Assembly (NCBI GenBank): GCA_913019965.1
Contig: CAJVZR010000011.1
Span: 5,847-69,846, forward strand
DNA: 64,000 bases
DNA from: an uncultured Oleispira sp.
GTDB lineage: Bacteria > Pseudomonadota > Gammaproteobacteria > Pseudomonadales > Oceanobacteraceae
Reading direction: 5' to 3'
The first letter of the stretch is position 1. Every line of letters begins with the position of its first letter. The notes under the pieces were generated by a model, which saw nothing but the letters and a program-made list of their open reading frames with translations, had not been told where the DNA came from and did no database searches. The translations under genes were made by a program, and so were the position numbers. Positions 22,568 through 31,970 of this stretch are shown here, piece after piece.

Positions 22568-23395
22568 TTAGCTCGCTACTTTCTTTGTAGTTTTCTTTGC
22601 TGAACTGGCTTTTTTGGCCACTGGTTTTTTGCTTTTAGTACGACGATTCATCTCACCGGCTAATGCCAAATAAGCAATGGCACCGCGAGAGCTTTTATCA
22701 TAAGCCAATGCTGGTAAACCATAGCTAGGGGCTTCGGCTAAACGCACGTTACGCGGAATCACCGTGCTATATACCTTGTCACCAAAGTGAGTAATCAACT
22801 GAGTTGAAACGTCTACCGTTAAGCTATTACGCGGATCGTACATAGTGCGTAATATGCCTTCGATCGCCAGCTCAGGATTTAAATTTGATTTGATTTTTTC
22901 AATGGTTTGCATCAATGCAGACAACCCTTCCAAGGCATAATATTCACACTGCATCGGAATTAATACGCCGTGAGCGGCAACCATAGCATTGATCGTCAGC
23001 ATGCTTAATGACGGTGGGCAATCAATAATAATGTAATCGTAGTTAGCACTTACTTCTGCTAGAGCGCTACGTAGACGAGTCTCACGCTGTGGCATATCCA
23101 TCAGCTCAACTTCTGCCGCGGTTAAGTTGGCATTCGTTGGAAGCACATCATAACCCGCTTCTTCAGTGCCAACGATCGCTTCGCTGATTGCACACTTACC
23201 GGTTAATACTTCATACAGGGACTGTTCTAGTTCGTGTTTATCAACACCGCTGCCCATGGTCGCATTCCCTTGTGGATCAAGGTCAACCATAAGAACTTTG
23301 CGCTTGGTGGCTGCAAGGGAAGCAGATAAGTTAACCGCCGTGGTGGTTTTACCCACACCGCCTTTTTGGTTAGCTACGACTAATATTTTGCTCAT
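22568..23395 (-). CDS. parA: Chromosome partitioning ATPase ParA/Soj
   Basis: NQKGGVGKTTT, DLDPQGNAT, DCPPSL, IPRNVRLAEAPS. Confidence 0.98.
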   Translation of the reverse strand: MSKILVVANQKGGVGKTTTAVNLSASLAATKRKVLMVDLDPQGNATMGSGVDKHELEQSLYEVLTGKCAISEAIVGTEEAGYDVLPTNANLTAAEVELMDMPQRETRLRSALAEVSANYDYIIIDCPPSLSMLTINAMVAAHGVLIPMQCEYYALEGLSALMQTIEKIKSNLNPELAIEGILRTMYDPRNSLTVDVSTQLITHFGDKVYSTVIPRNVRLAEAPSYGLPALAYDKSSRGAIAYLALAGEMNRRTKSKKPVAKKASSAKKTTKKVAS

Positions 23396-23432
23396 TTCGC
23401 TATCCTGCAGCCCTGAGAATAAGGGTTTAAAA

Positions 23433-24062
23433 TTATTTTGGTTTAAAGGCTAATAAATGACGTTCAGCGTCAACACCCGGAACATTCAATTCGTGGCTTT
23501 CGATTAACTCATACTTATCGGCCACAGCCGCAAATTCTTCCGTTGGGTATTGACCCTTCATTGCTAAGAATATGCCTTTCTCCGCCAGCAAGTGCGTACA
23601 CCAATACGTCATATCGGTAATAGAGGCAAAAGCACGGGATACGATCATATCGAAACCTTGCTCAGGTTGATAGGCTTCAACGCGCTCATTAATAATGGTG
23701 ACATTATCCAGCTTTAACGCCAACTTGGCTTGGAACAAAAAGCGTGTCTTCTTACCATTACTATCGAGTAGAGTGAATGTCTTTTCTGGGTTCATAATCG
23801 CTAATACGATTCCTGGCAATCCAGGGCCAGTACCGACATCAATAATATTATCAACGCCTTGAATGTACGAGTGTACGATCAGACTATCTAATAGATGCAG
23901 AGGGATCATTTGCTCAGGGTCACGAATCGCCGACAAGTTATACGCTTTATTCCACTTGATGAACAATTCTAGATATTGAACTAGAAGATCAAGTTGCTGA
24001 TCGTTTAGAGCCACACCCATTTGGGTCGCGCCAGTAGAAATTGCTGAAGAAAAATTAGCCAT
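23433..24062 (-). CDS. rsmG: 16S rRNA m7G527 methyltransferase
   Basis: KWNKAYNLSAIRD, HLLDSL, DVGTGPGLPG, SRAFAS. Confidence 0.97.
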   Translation of the reverse strand: MANFSSAISTGATQMGVALNDQQLDLLVQYLELFIKWNKAYNLSAIRDPEQMIPLHLLDSLIVHSYIQGVDNIIDVGTGPGLPGIVLAIMNPEKTFTLLDSNGKKTRFLFQAKLALKLDNVTIINERVEAYQPEQGFDMIVSRAFASITDMTYWCTHLLAEKGIFLAMKGQYPTEEFAAVADKYELIESHELNVPGVDAERHLLAFKPK

Positions 24063-24130
24063 AGTTTGCCGAGTTTGGATCTGTGATTTTTAAGATGTGA
24101 GGATTCTAACATAAAAGATGAAAAGCGCTT

Positions 24131-24286
24131 ACCACGGAGCACACGGAGGCGCTGCGCTACACGGAGGGAAAGATTAAAAAAGGAGAAAAGATAAGAAGCA
24201 GAAACTAGCTTAACGATGGTGGATTCTCTATCCCTTTTTCTCTTGCCCTTCTCCGTGTAGCGCAGCGCCTCCGTGATCTCCGTGGT
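24131..24286. repeat. 156-bp palindromic (MITE/REP-like) element with 36-bp terminal inverted repeats
   Basis: Left arm 24131-24166 (ACCACGGAGCACACGGAGGCGCTGCGCTACACGGAG) and right arm 24251-24286 are reverse complements at 34/36 positions. Each arm has three CACGGAG units. Confidence 0.85.
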
Positions 24287-24303
24287 GAATTGCTTTTAAA
24301 ACA

Positions 24304-24855
24304 TCAACCCAGAAACCTAGTCCCAGCCGAAACATCCCTAGTAACAACAACATTGGCGCCGATAATGGCATTTTCACCAATCGTTACTCCTGGCAAAATT
24401 TTAGCGCCTCCACCAATCCAGACCCCAACGCCAATAACAACCGGTTTAGCGATACAGCCACCCGCTCTGCGCTCTCGGGCATCACGAGGATGATCAACGG
24501 TATAGATATGCACACCAGGACCGAGCATGACATCAGCACCAATAGTAATTGCAGCGCTATCGAGCATCACACAATTAAAGTTGGCGTAGAAGTTATCCCC
24601 AAGAGAGATTTGGCCGCCATAATCACACTGAAAACCCGGCTCAATGACCGCGCTAGAGAAGGTATCGAATAAACGACTGATATGTTTGAAATTACCTTTG
24701 CTTGGGTGGGCATTGTATTTACCACAAGCTAAGCGCGCTTTTTCTCGTAGCAATCTTAATTCAATATCAAGACTATTGAAGGCCAGGCCCGAGCGCATTT
24801 TCATACGCTCAGTTAGCTCATTTGATGAGAGCTCTGATACCTTCTCATTGACCAT
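24304..24855 (-). CDS. Sugar O-acetyltransferase (maltose/galactoside acetyltransferase family, LbH hexapeptide)
   Basis: Mac-like N-terminus, IEPGFQCDYGGQISLGDNFYANFNCVMLD, VHIYTVDHP, GVWIGGGAKILPGVTIG. Confidence 0.88.
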   Translation of the reverse strand: MVNEKVSELSSNELTERMKMRSGLAFNSLDIELRLLREKARLACGKYNAHPSKGNFKHISRLFDTFSSAVIEPGFQCDYGGQISLGDNFYANFNCVMLDSAAITIGADVMLGPGVHIYTVDHPRDARERRAGGCIAKPVVIGVGVWIGGGAKILPGVTIGENAIIGANVVVTRDVSAGTRFLG

Positions 24856-24860
24856 TAAGG

Positions 24861-26744
24861 CTAAGCGCTCTTACGAGCAAGTTTTAGCTTTTTCATATGC
24901 ACCAGAATCTGACTAATCGCCGCAGGGGTAACACCCTGAATACGCGATGCCGAACCCAAGGTTTCAGGCTTCATAGTATCCAATTTCTGGATAACTTCAT
25001 TCGACAAACCACCAATCACAGAGTAATCAAAATTTTCTGGTAATGGCGTTGCCTCATAGCGACGCATTTGCTCAATTTCATCTTTCTGGCGCGAGATGTA
25101 ACCATCGTATTTGGCTTGGATTTCAACTTGCTCAGCCACTTGAGAGTTTTCAACCGGCTCACCTTTGATGCCAGCAATATCGGCATACGTTAGACCCGGA
25201 CGTTTTAGCAAATCCTTCAAACTGTATTCACGGCTTAATGGACTTTCGATCATGGCATTTACCGCATCCCCTTCCGGAGTTTTTGGTTGTACCCAGGTGG
25301 TCGCTAAACGCTGGTTTTCTTTTTCAATGCCTTCTTTCTTTTCACAGAAAGCCGCCCAACGTTCATCACCGACCAGGCCAATCTCTCGGCCTATTTCAGT
25401 AAGACGTAAATCGGCATTATCTTCACGCAGAATCAAACGGTATTCCGCACGACTAGTGAACATACGGTACGGTTCTTTAGTTCCCATGGTGATCAAGTCA
25501 TCGACCAAAACGCCGATATAAGCTTCATCACGACGAGGGCTCCATGCTTCTTTCTCAAACGCACGTAATGCGGCATTGGCACCGGCTAATAAACCTTGAG
25601 CACCCGCTTCTTCGTAACCGGTAGTACCGTTGATCTGGCCAGCGAAGAACAAGTTAGCCACAAACTTGGTCTCTAAGCTGTGCTTCAAATCTTGCGGGTT
25701 AAAATAATCGTATTCAATGGCATAACCCGGGCGGGTAATGTGCGCTTTTTCAAAACCAACCATGCTGTGGATAAGGTCTAACTGCACATCAAACGGCAAG
25801 CTGGTTGAGATGCCATTGGGATATAGCTCGTGAGTACGTAAACCTTCTGGCTCTACAAAAATCTGATGGCTATTTTTATCCGCAAAACGCATCACCTTAT
25901 CTTCAATTGAAGGGCAATAACGTGGGCCAATCCCTTCGATCACACCGGCGTACATAGGTGAGCGATCGAGGTTCGCGCGAATAATGTCGTGAGTACGCTC
26001 ATTGGTATGAGTGATATAGCAGTTCACCTGCTCTGGGTGCTCATTTACGTTACCCATGAAGGACATCACAGGTAACGGTAGATCCCCTGGCTGCACCTGC
26101 ATCACTGAAAAATCAACCGATCGCGCATCGATACGTGCTGGAGTACCGGTTTTTAAACGACCAATATTGAATGGCATTTCACGTAGACGATGAGCCAAGG
26201 CGATAGACGCAGGGTCGCCTGCACGGCCACCTTTGTGGTTTTCCATACCAATGTGGATCGTACCGCCAAGGAAAGTCCCCGCGGTTAATACAACCGTCGT
26301 CGAGTGAATGCGCATATTGGTATTGGTAATCACACCGGCGGCTTTTTCACCCTGCATGATGAGGTCATCACAGGACGCTTGGAAAATATCGAGGTTATCT
26401 TGGTTTTCTACGATGTCGCGAATAGCACCACGGTATAACTGACGATCGGCTTGAGCACGAGTTGCTCGCACGGCCGGGCCTTTACGGGCATTAAGAGTTC
26501 GGAACTGAATGCCGCCTTTATCGGTAGCACGGGCCATAGCGCCGTCTAGGGCATCAATCTCTTTTACCAAGTGGCTTTTACCTATGCCACCAATAGCAGG
26601 ATTACAGGACATGACGCCAATGGTATCGGTATTGTGGGTAAGTAATAGGGTTTTTGCCCCCATACGAGCAGACGCAAGCGCAGCCTCTGTTCCTGCATGG
26701 CCACCACCAACAACAATTACATCATAACGAACCGGATAATCCAC
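24861..26744 (-). CDS. mnmG: tRNA uridine-5-carboxymethylaminomethyl(34) synthesis enzyme MnmG (GidA)
   Basis: [54 protein letters not shown] 26744 has GAGGT 7 nt upstream; the ORF track starts at 26750. Confidence 0.99.
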   Translation of the reverse strand: MDYPVRYDVIVVGGGHAGTEAALASARMGAKTLLLTHNTDTIGVMSCNPAIGGIGKSHLVKEIDALDGAMARATDKGGIQFRTLNARKGPAVRATRAQADRQLYRGAIRDIVENQDNLDIFQASCDDLIMQGEKAAGVITNTNMRIHSTTVVLTAGTFLGGTIHIGMENHKGGRAGDPASIALAHRLREMPFNIGRLKTGTPARIDARSVDFSVMQVQPGDLPLPVMSFMGNVNEHPEQVNCYITHTNERTHDIIRANLDRSPMYAGVIEGIGPRYCPSIEDKVMRFADKNSHQIFVEPEGLRTHELYPNGISTSLPFDVQLDLIHSMVGFEKAHITRPGYAIEYDYFNPQDLKHSLETKFVANLFFAGQINGTTGYEEAGAQGLLAGANAALRAFEKEAWSPRRDEAYIGVLVDDLITMGTKEPYRMFTSRAEYRLILREDNADLRLTEIGREIGLVGDERWAAFCEKKEGIEKENQRLATTWVQPKTPEGDAVNAMIESPLSREYSLKDLLKRPGLTYADIAGIKGEPVENSQVAEQVEIQAKYDGYISRQKDEIEQMRRYEATPLPENFDYSVIGGLSNEVIQKLDTMKPETLGSASRIQGVTPAAISQILVHMKKLKLARKSA

Positions 26745-26914
26745 AAGCACAACCTCAATACTGGCTCATAAGCGATTAGCGCCTGAGCTATAACATTCAA
26801 TACTTTAAAAATAGTGTTGAATCATAAAATGGCGCGCATTATACCTGAATTAGGGGGTAAAGGCAGTGGATAGAATTGCGATATGGTTAAATATTGTTCA
26901 ATTATTGTTTTTGC

Positions 26915-27154
26915 TTATTCACATTACTTTTTCTGACTGTGAGCTAAGTTATCATCGATTTGTTATAACTTAGCTAAGACCTTATAAAATAAGGATTTTT
27001 CATTGTGATAAAGCTGTGCATAAATGTGGATAAAAAAATAAAGGTCGCTTTATATTAAAGCTTATTCAGAGCTAATACTGGATATTAACCAGACTTACTA
27101 CAACTAACTCACAGACTTATACACATAGTTAACACATTATAGCGGTTATCAACA
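26915..27154. promoter_or_regulatory. DnaA-box cluster upstream of mnmG (oriC2-like)
   Basis: TTATNCACA matches at 26915 (TTATTCACA), 27015 (TGTGCATAA), 27025 (TGTGGATAA) and 27117 (TTATACACA). One-mismatch box at 27146 (TTATCAACA). AT-rich flank around 26890-26935. Confidence 0.8.
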
Positions 27155-27157
27155 AGT

Positions 27158-27970
27158 TTATGGTGTCGTTTCTACTTCAGGAGTTTCTGTATCCGGTGTC
27201 GTTGTTCCTACTGATGAGGTCGGAGCCGTAAACGTCATAAACAATAATGAACTGCCCATCTTGCTATAAATTTCTAACTCACCATCGGCATTAATCGCCG
27301 CAAAGCCAGTAGCATCGCCGTTAAAGTCATCGCAATTACGGCGATTAATGGTTAGAGCCATCAAGGCATCACCGACTGTTAATAATGAAAACTGACCTTC
27401 AAAGGAGCAGTCTTTAGTAGCGCCGTTATTAACCCCATGAAAACGACCGCGACTGGTAATATTTAATTCTAGGTCCGTCGTCGTCCACTTACCTGCTAAG
27501 CTGGTTAACGACGAATTATTAGAGAATGTTCCGTCATTAGTGATAGTTAACGCACCAAATACCCCACCATCGGTTGCAAAATCCCCTACGACGGTTGTAT
27601 TTGTCGCTAATAATCCGTTAATGGTATAGCTCGTCGTATTACCATCAGCGACGAATTCATTATTCGGACTATCTTCGTAAGCGAATGGAAAAGCGGTAAG
27701 AGCAAAATCGACTTCTTCTATTGTGGGGGAGTCTAAGGTGCCAAAAAAGGCTTTGTCCGCATCAAGACCATAGACATTGCCGTTATAAATTAGCATTCGA
27801 AGGGTTTCTGTTTGATCAAAACCCCCATTCCAAAAACCATTCAGCGCTAAAGACGTATCATCAACTTCCACACCTTCACTATTGGTCGGATTAGTATCTT
27901 CCTTTTCTTCAGGCAGGCAGGCAGCCAATAGCAGCAAACTACTGAATAAGAAAAAACGTTGGATATTCAT
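27158..27970 (-). CDS. Hypothetical lipoprotein
   Basis: MNIQRFFLFSSLLLLAA-C lipobox from ATG 27970; beta-rich body; Thr/Pro/Glu-rich C-terminal tail. Confidence 0.75.
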   Translation of the reverse strand: MNIQRFFLFSSLLLLAACLPEEKEDTNPTNSEGVEVDDTSLALNGFWNGGFDQTETLRMLIYNGNVYGLDADKAFFGTLDSPTIEEVDFALTAFPFAYEDSPNNEFVADGNTTSYTINGLLATNTTVVGDFATDGGVFGALTITNDGTFSNNSSLTSLAGKWTTTDLELNITSRGRFHGVNNGATKDCSFEGQFSLLTVGDALMALTINRRNCDDFNGDATGFAAINADGELEIYSKMGSSLLFMTFTAPTSSVGTTTPDTETPEVETTP

Positions 27971-28199
27971 TAGAACATTGGATAAAGCAGCCGACACAGG
28001 AACCTCACAATTACATCTCAGTGATATAACTATAGATGTCGGCTGATGTTTTGCAGGCTTTAGCAATGAGTTATCTGCTAAGCCCGCTGAATGACTAGTA
28101 ATTAAGTCGCAATAAATTGCCTAATGATTGAATGTCTATATTCCTACAATTATTATCCGTTCTTATACATGGAGAGTATCTACATAAAAAGGAATTCTA

Positions 28200-29177
28200 A
28201 TGAGAAATCTATTACTTTGTAATCAGTCATTATCACCAGCCAACCTTGAAAGCCAGTGTGGTATTAATATTGACCAATTATCAGATTTCATGTGTGCAAA
28301 GCCTGCAAGAGTTGCTGCACATACTCCTTATTTTTTAAATAGTGAAATGAACGCAACGGAAAAGAATATTTTAAGCACGCTCTCCCCGCAAACCATATCT
28401 AAAGAATTGACGAGTTTATCGCTTTCTTACGGTGGTGATAATGTTATGGCTCTTTCAGAAATAACTGAAAAGCTTAACGGCTTTGATGTTGATTTAATAG
28501 GCGCCTCAACCAGTGCCTATACCAACCGCATGGGAGGCTTTGTTGGCGCTGTTAAGGATTACCAATCTGCGTTGATGCAGTATAGAGAAGCTATAGCCTC
28601 AAAATCCCCGATGAAAAATATTTTCAAAGAAAAGGTTCATACTGCATTCAATAAAATGCAGATCAAATTTGGTAATGAATTAAAGGTTATTACCAATAAA
28701 AATAAGGCTCGCCGTGGTACACCTCTGACGAATGTAAAAAGAGCTACGAATATTGCTGAAAGTAGTCGTAATACAGTAAAACTGAATGTTACCTCACAGG
28801 TTCAAGCAAATAATCTAGTGAAATTTACTAACCACGCTAAATTTTTGGGAAACGGGCTCGCAGTCATCAATTTTGCTGGTAAAACAGGTAATGTTCATAA
28901 CAGCTATCAGGTTGGCGGACATTGGGAAAAAGAGCTATTTATTGAATCGAGCAGCTTTGCTGCTAGTGCGCTTACTGGGACTGCTGTTGTTAATGCAGGT
29001 GGAGCCGCCTTAATGTTTTTAATGGTAGCTACACCAATTGGATGGGTTGGTTTAATTATCGGAGGTATTGCCGTTGCAGGAACAGCTGCAGTAGCATCAA
29101 TAGGAATGAATAATGCCGTGAAAAATAATAGCGGCGAGTGGTACGACCTTATAATGAAGGGAATAAGTGATTTATGA
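28200..29177 (+). CDS. Hypothetical protein with C-terminal Gly/Ala-rich hydrophobic hairpin; candidate pore-forming toxin
   Basis: 325 aa, basic helical middle region, C-terminal GTAVVNAGGAALMFLMVATPIGWVGLIIGGIAVAGTAAVASIG. No signal peptide seen. The ORF is solid; the function is inference. Confidence 0.55.
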   Translation: MRNLLLCNQSLSPANLESQCGINIDQLSDFMCAKPARVAAHTPYFLNSEMNATEKNILSTLSPQTISKELTSLSLSYGGDNVMALSEITEKLNGFDVDLIGASTSAYTNRMGGFVGAVKDYQSALMQYREAIASKSPMKNIFKEKVHTAFNKMQIKFGNELKVITNKNKARRGTPLTNVKRATNIAESSRNTVKLNVTSQVQANNLVKFTNHAKFLGNGLAVINFAGKTGNVHNSYQVGGHWEKELFIESSSFAASALTGTAVVNAGGAALMFLMVATPIGWVGLIIGGIAVAGTAAVASIGMNNAVKNNSGEWYDLIMKGISDL

Positions 29178-29551
29178 GTTTATTTTCACAATTGCTAGGA
29201 TTTATAGCTATTTTTATGTTCCTTGCGTGCATCTTATATGTTCTTTTTGGCCAAATAACTGTGCGCAAGTTAAGAAAAAATCCAAACACAAAAGATGCGC
29301 TTGGCCTTGAACTCGCTAGCGGTTGGGACATTATAAATGTCGCTCAAGTATTTTCTCTCCCTAGGTCATGGACAAAAAAAATCGAAGATAGTAGGTTTTC
29401 GTTTATGTACGCCAACGCATCTATTTTATATGAAAATACTAATAAATTTGATCATGCTTTAGGATGTATATTCTACTGGCTATTAACGCTTTCAGGGCTA
29501 TCAGGCGCTTTTCTAGTGCTGCTTAATTACCTTGGTATTTTCTCTGAATAA
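29174..29551 (+). CDS. Small two-TM membrane protein; candidate immunity protein
   Basis: Starts within the upstream stop (ATGA overlap, 29174-29177). N- and C-terminal hydrophobic helices flank a soluble loop. AT-rich codons. Confidence 0.55.
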   Translation: MSLFSQLLGFIAIFMFLACILYVLFGQITVRKLRKNPNTKDALGLELASGWDIINVAQVFSLPRSWTKKIEDSRFSFMYANASILYENTNKFDHALGCIFYWLLTLSGLSGAFLVLLNYLGIFSE

Positions 29552-29604
29552 AATTGAATAGACCTCGCCATATTTGTTAGAAATTTACGGCCAAGGTCTA
29601 TTAA

Positions 29605-31032
29605 CTACTTACCAATGCAGAAGCTACCAAAGATATTGCCCAGTAAATCATCGGCAGTAAATTCACCGGTAATTTCACCTAATGCTTGCTGAGCCATACG
29701 TAGATCTTCCGCCAGCAATTCACCCGCCATGGCACCTAATAGCTGATCTTCACCCGCTTGAACCGCCTCTTGGGCTTTTTCTAGAGCTTCGATATGACGA
29801 CGACGAGCTAAGAAACCACCTTCACTGGCAGCATTGAATCCCATCACATCTTTTAAATGTTCACGTAATTCTTCGATACCGAGATTTTGTTTGGCAGAAA
29901 TCGCTAGAGTTGGGAAATCTGCTTCGTCATGTAAGCCTAATTTTGCTGAAACATGATCTTCGGCTAACAAATCCGCTTTATTACGAATAACCGTAATATG
30001 CCCGCTAGCTATCAGCTTTTCAGTTTCTTCTTGCAGACCTTGTTCATCATAAAGGGCGTGTAACAAAGCTCGAGGGTCAGTCTTTTCTCCATCCGTTTCT
30101 AACGAGCTATCAATCATTAATAAGATTCGATCAGCTTGTTCGATTTCAGTCCATGCCCGTTGGATTCCAATGCGTTCAACTTCATCAGGTGCATCACGTA
30201 AACCGGCAGTATCAATGATGTGCAACGGCATACCATCAATATGAATATGTTCTTTTAAAACATCTCGGGTCGTACCGGCGATATCGGTAACAATCGCTCT
30301 ATCTTGCCCCGCTAAGGCGTTTAATAGTGATGACTTACCTGCGTTCGGACGCCCAGCAATCACTACGTTCATACCTTCGCGTAAAATAGCCCCTTGATTC
30401 GCTTCTTGTAGCACACCAGCAACTGAAGCTTTAACTTCTTGTAGCAATGCTGCGACCTTACCATCACCTAAAAAATCTATTTCTTCTTCAGGAAAATCAA
30501 TCGAGGCTTCGACGAACGTTCGCAGATGGATCAGCTGATCCACCAAGCCATGTACTTTATCAGAGAAAACCCCCTGCAGAGATCGCAGTGCACAACGCGC
30601 AGCTTGTGCGGAAGCAGAATCAATTAAGTCAGCTATCGCTTCAGCTTGAGCCAGGTCGAGTTTATCATTTAGAAAGGCACGTTCAGAGAATTCACCAGGT
30701 CGAGCAATGCGAGCACCGAGTTCGACACAGCGCTGTAGAATAAAATCCAGAACCACAGGTCCACCATGGCCTTGCAGTTCTAAAACATCTTCTCCGGTAA
30801 ATGAATGAGGATTAGGAAAATATAGCCCAAGTCCTTCATCCAATACCGTGCCATCAGCATCTTTAAATGGTCCATAGTGGGCGTAGCGTGGCTTTGGTAA
30901 TAAACCTAGCACCGCATGAGCAATATCTTGTGCTTTATCGCCAGAGACCCGCACAATACCGACTCCCCCCCTACCTGGAGCCGTGGCTATCGCCGCAATA
31001 GTATCCTGATGAATAGCTTCTGATGATGTCAT
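29605..31032 (-). CDS. mnmE: tRNA modification GTPase MnmE (TrmE)
   Basis: [50 protein letters not shown]-terminal FGSFCIGK. Confidence 0.99.
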   Translation of the reverse strand: MTSSEAIHQDTIAAIATAPGRGGVGIVRVSGDKAQDIAHAVLGLLPKPRYAHYGPFKDADGTVLDEGLGLYFPNPHSFTGEDVLELQGHGGPVVLDFILQRCVELGARIARPGEFSERAFLNDKLDLAQAEAIADLIDSASAQAARCALRSLQGVFSDKVHGLVDQLIHLRTFVEASIDFPEEEIDFLGDGKVAALLQEVKASVAGVLQEANQGAILREGMNVVIAGRPNAGKSSLLNALAGQDRAIVTDIAGTTRDVLKEHIHIDGMPLHIIDTAGLRDAPDEVERIGIQRAWTEIEQADRILLMIDSSLETDGEKTDPRALLHALYDEQGLQEETEKLIASGHITVIRNKADLLAEDHVSAKLGLHDEADFPTLAISAKQNLGIEELREHLKDVMGFNAASEGGFLARRRHIEALEKAQEAVQAGEDQLLGAMAGELLAEDLRMAQQALGEITGEFTADDLLGNIFGSFCIGK

Positions 31033-31079
31033 GGGGAACTCAATAAATATTTACTAAAAACAAGACGTTATTATATTCG

Positions 31080-31880
31080 CTATTGTGAATAATAGCTTTG
31101 GACAATTTTTTGATACCTTTCACTTTGACGTATTCTTGGAATAACTTCCGCAAAGCGTTTGGCTAATGCTTCATGGCCTCTTTTCTTAGAGAAGGCGAGA
31201 AATATATCGTAACTGTCGCTAGCGACATCCATCGAAGTCACTTCTGAAAACTCAGGTAAATGTGCATATTTGTATTTTAAGTGGTCAATATTCACTAAGA
31301 TTAAATCCACTCTTTTATCCAGCAACATCATCAAAAGCTGTTCTTCGGTATTTACATTTATCAAGTTATTCAACTTACTACGATCAAACTTTTTACCGTA
31401 GGAATAGCCACGAATCACACCTATTTTACGATCTTCAACAGACTCTAAACTGCCGTCATAATTAAAATTACGACCTTTTAAATAGGCAAAGCGTGTACTG
31501 CCAATACTAATGGCATTATCCGCTTCATAAATAAGATACTGAGTTCTTTCAGGGGCAAATATCGTATAGCTTATCGCATCAACTTCGCCATTTTCTATGG
31601 TTTTCAGTGCTCGCTTCCAAGGCATGGAAACATACTGAACCCTAATCCCAAGTTCAGCAGCGGCTAACTCAATCAAATCAATATGAAAACCCGTTGGCTT
31701 ACCATCTTTTCCGATAAACTCATTAGGCCCCCAATCATCAATACTACGCACAATCGTAATTGCTTCTGTCACTGCGATATCTTCAGCAAAGCTCAGTTCT
31801 ATCATCAACACTATTGAGGTAATAATAAGAGCCGGAAATAAATACAACAGTGATTGCTTACCCAATACCATGCCTTTCAC
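31080..31880 (-). CDS. Periplasmic substrate-binding protein, family 3 (polar amino-acid type), orphan
   Basis: N-terminal hydrophobic leader, WGPNEF...GFHIDLI, MPWKRAL, KIGVIRGYSYG, LLDKRVDLIL. No permease or ATPase gene adjacent. Confidence 0.8.
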   Translation of the reverse strand: MKGMVLGKQSLLYLFPALIITSIVLMIELSFAEDIAVTEAITIVRSIDDWGPNEFIGKDGKPTGFHIDLIELAAAELGIRVQYVSMPWKRALKTIENGEVDAISYTIFAPERTQYLIYEADNAISIGSTRFAYLKGRNFNYDGSLESVEDRKIGVIRGYSYGKKFDRSKLNNLINVNTEEQLLMMLLDKRVDLILVNIDHLKYKYAHLPEFSEVTSMDVASDSYDIFLAFSKKRGHEALAKRFAEVIPRIRQSERYQKIVQSYYSQ

Positions 31881-31888
31881 TCGAATAT

Positions 31889-31923
31889 AAAAAAAGGCCT
31901 CTATCCTTGAATAGAAGCCTTTT
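31889..31923 (-). terminator. Intrinsic terminator downstream of yidC
   Basis: AAAAGGCCTCTAT-ccttga-ATAGAAGCCTTTT imperfect hairpin with a U-tract on the minus strand. Confidence 0.65.
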
Positions 31924-31970
31924 AATATTAGCTGATAATTAATTAACTAGAATCAGTTAACTATAATCGA

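Noticed and set aside
24131-24286. CRISPR array suggested by repeated CACGGAG
   Set aside because: The units form two inverted arms rather than direct repeats with unique spacers, and no cas genes are present.
26751-27157. E. coli-type oriC (gidA-mioC)
   Set aside because: No mioC and no GATC cluster were seen. The stronger DUE-like tract and the dnaA-adjacent boxes are at 34509-35053, so this region is kept only as a secondary cluster.
28067-29622. Intact integrative element at the mnmE 3' end
   Set aside because: The mnmE end (TTCTGCATTGGTAAGTAG) resembles the SGI1-type attB, but I found no second copy, integrase or transposase by eye. Only the hotspot location is retained.
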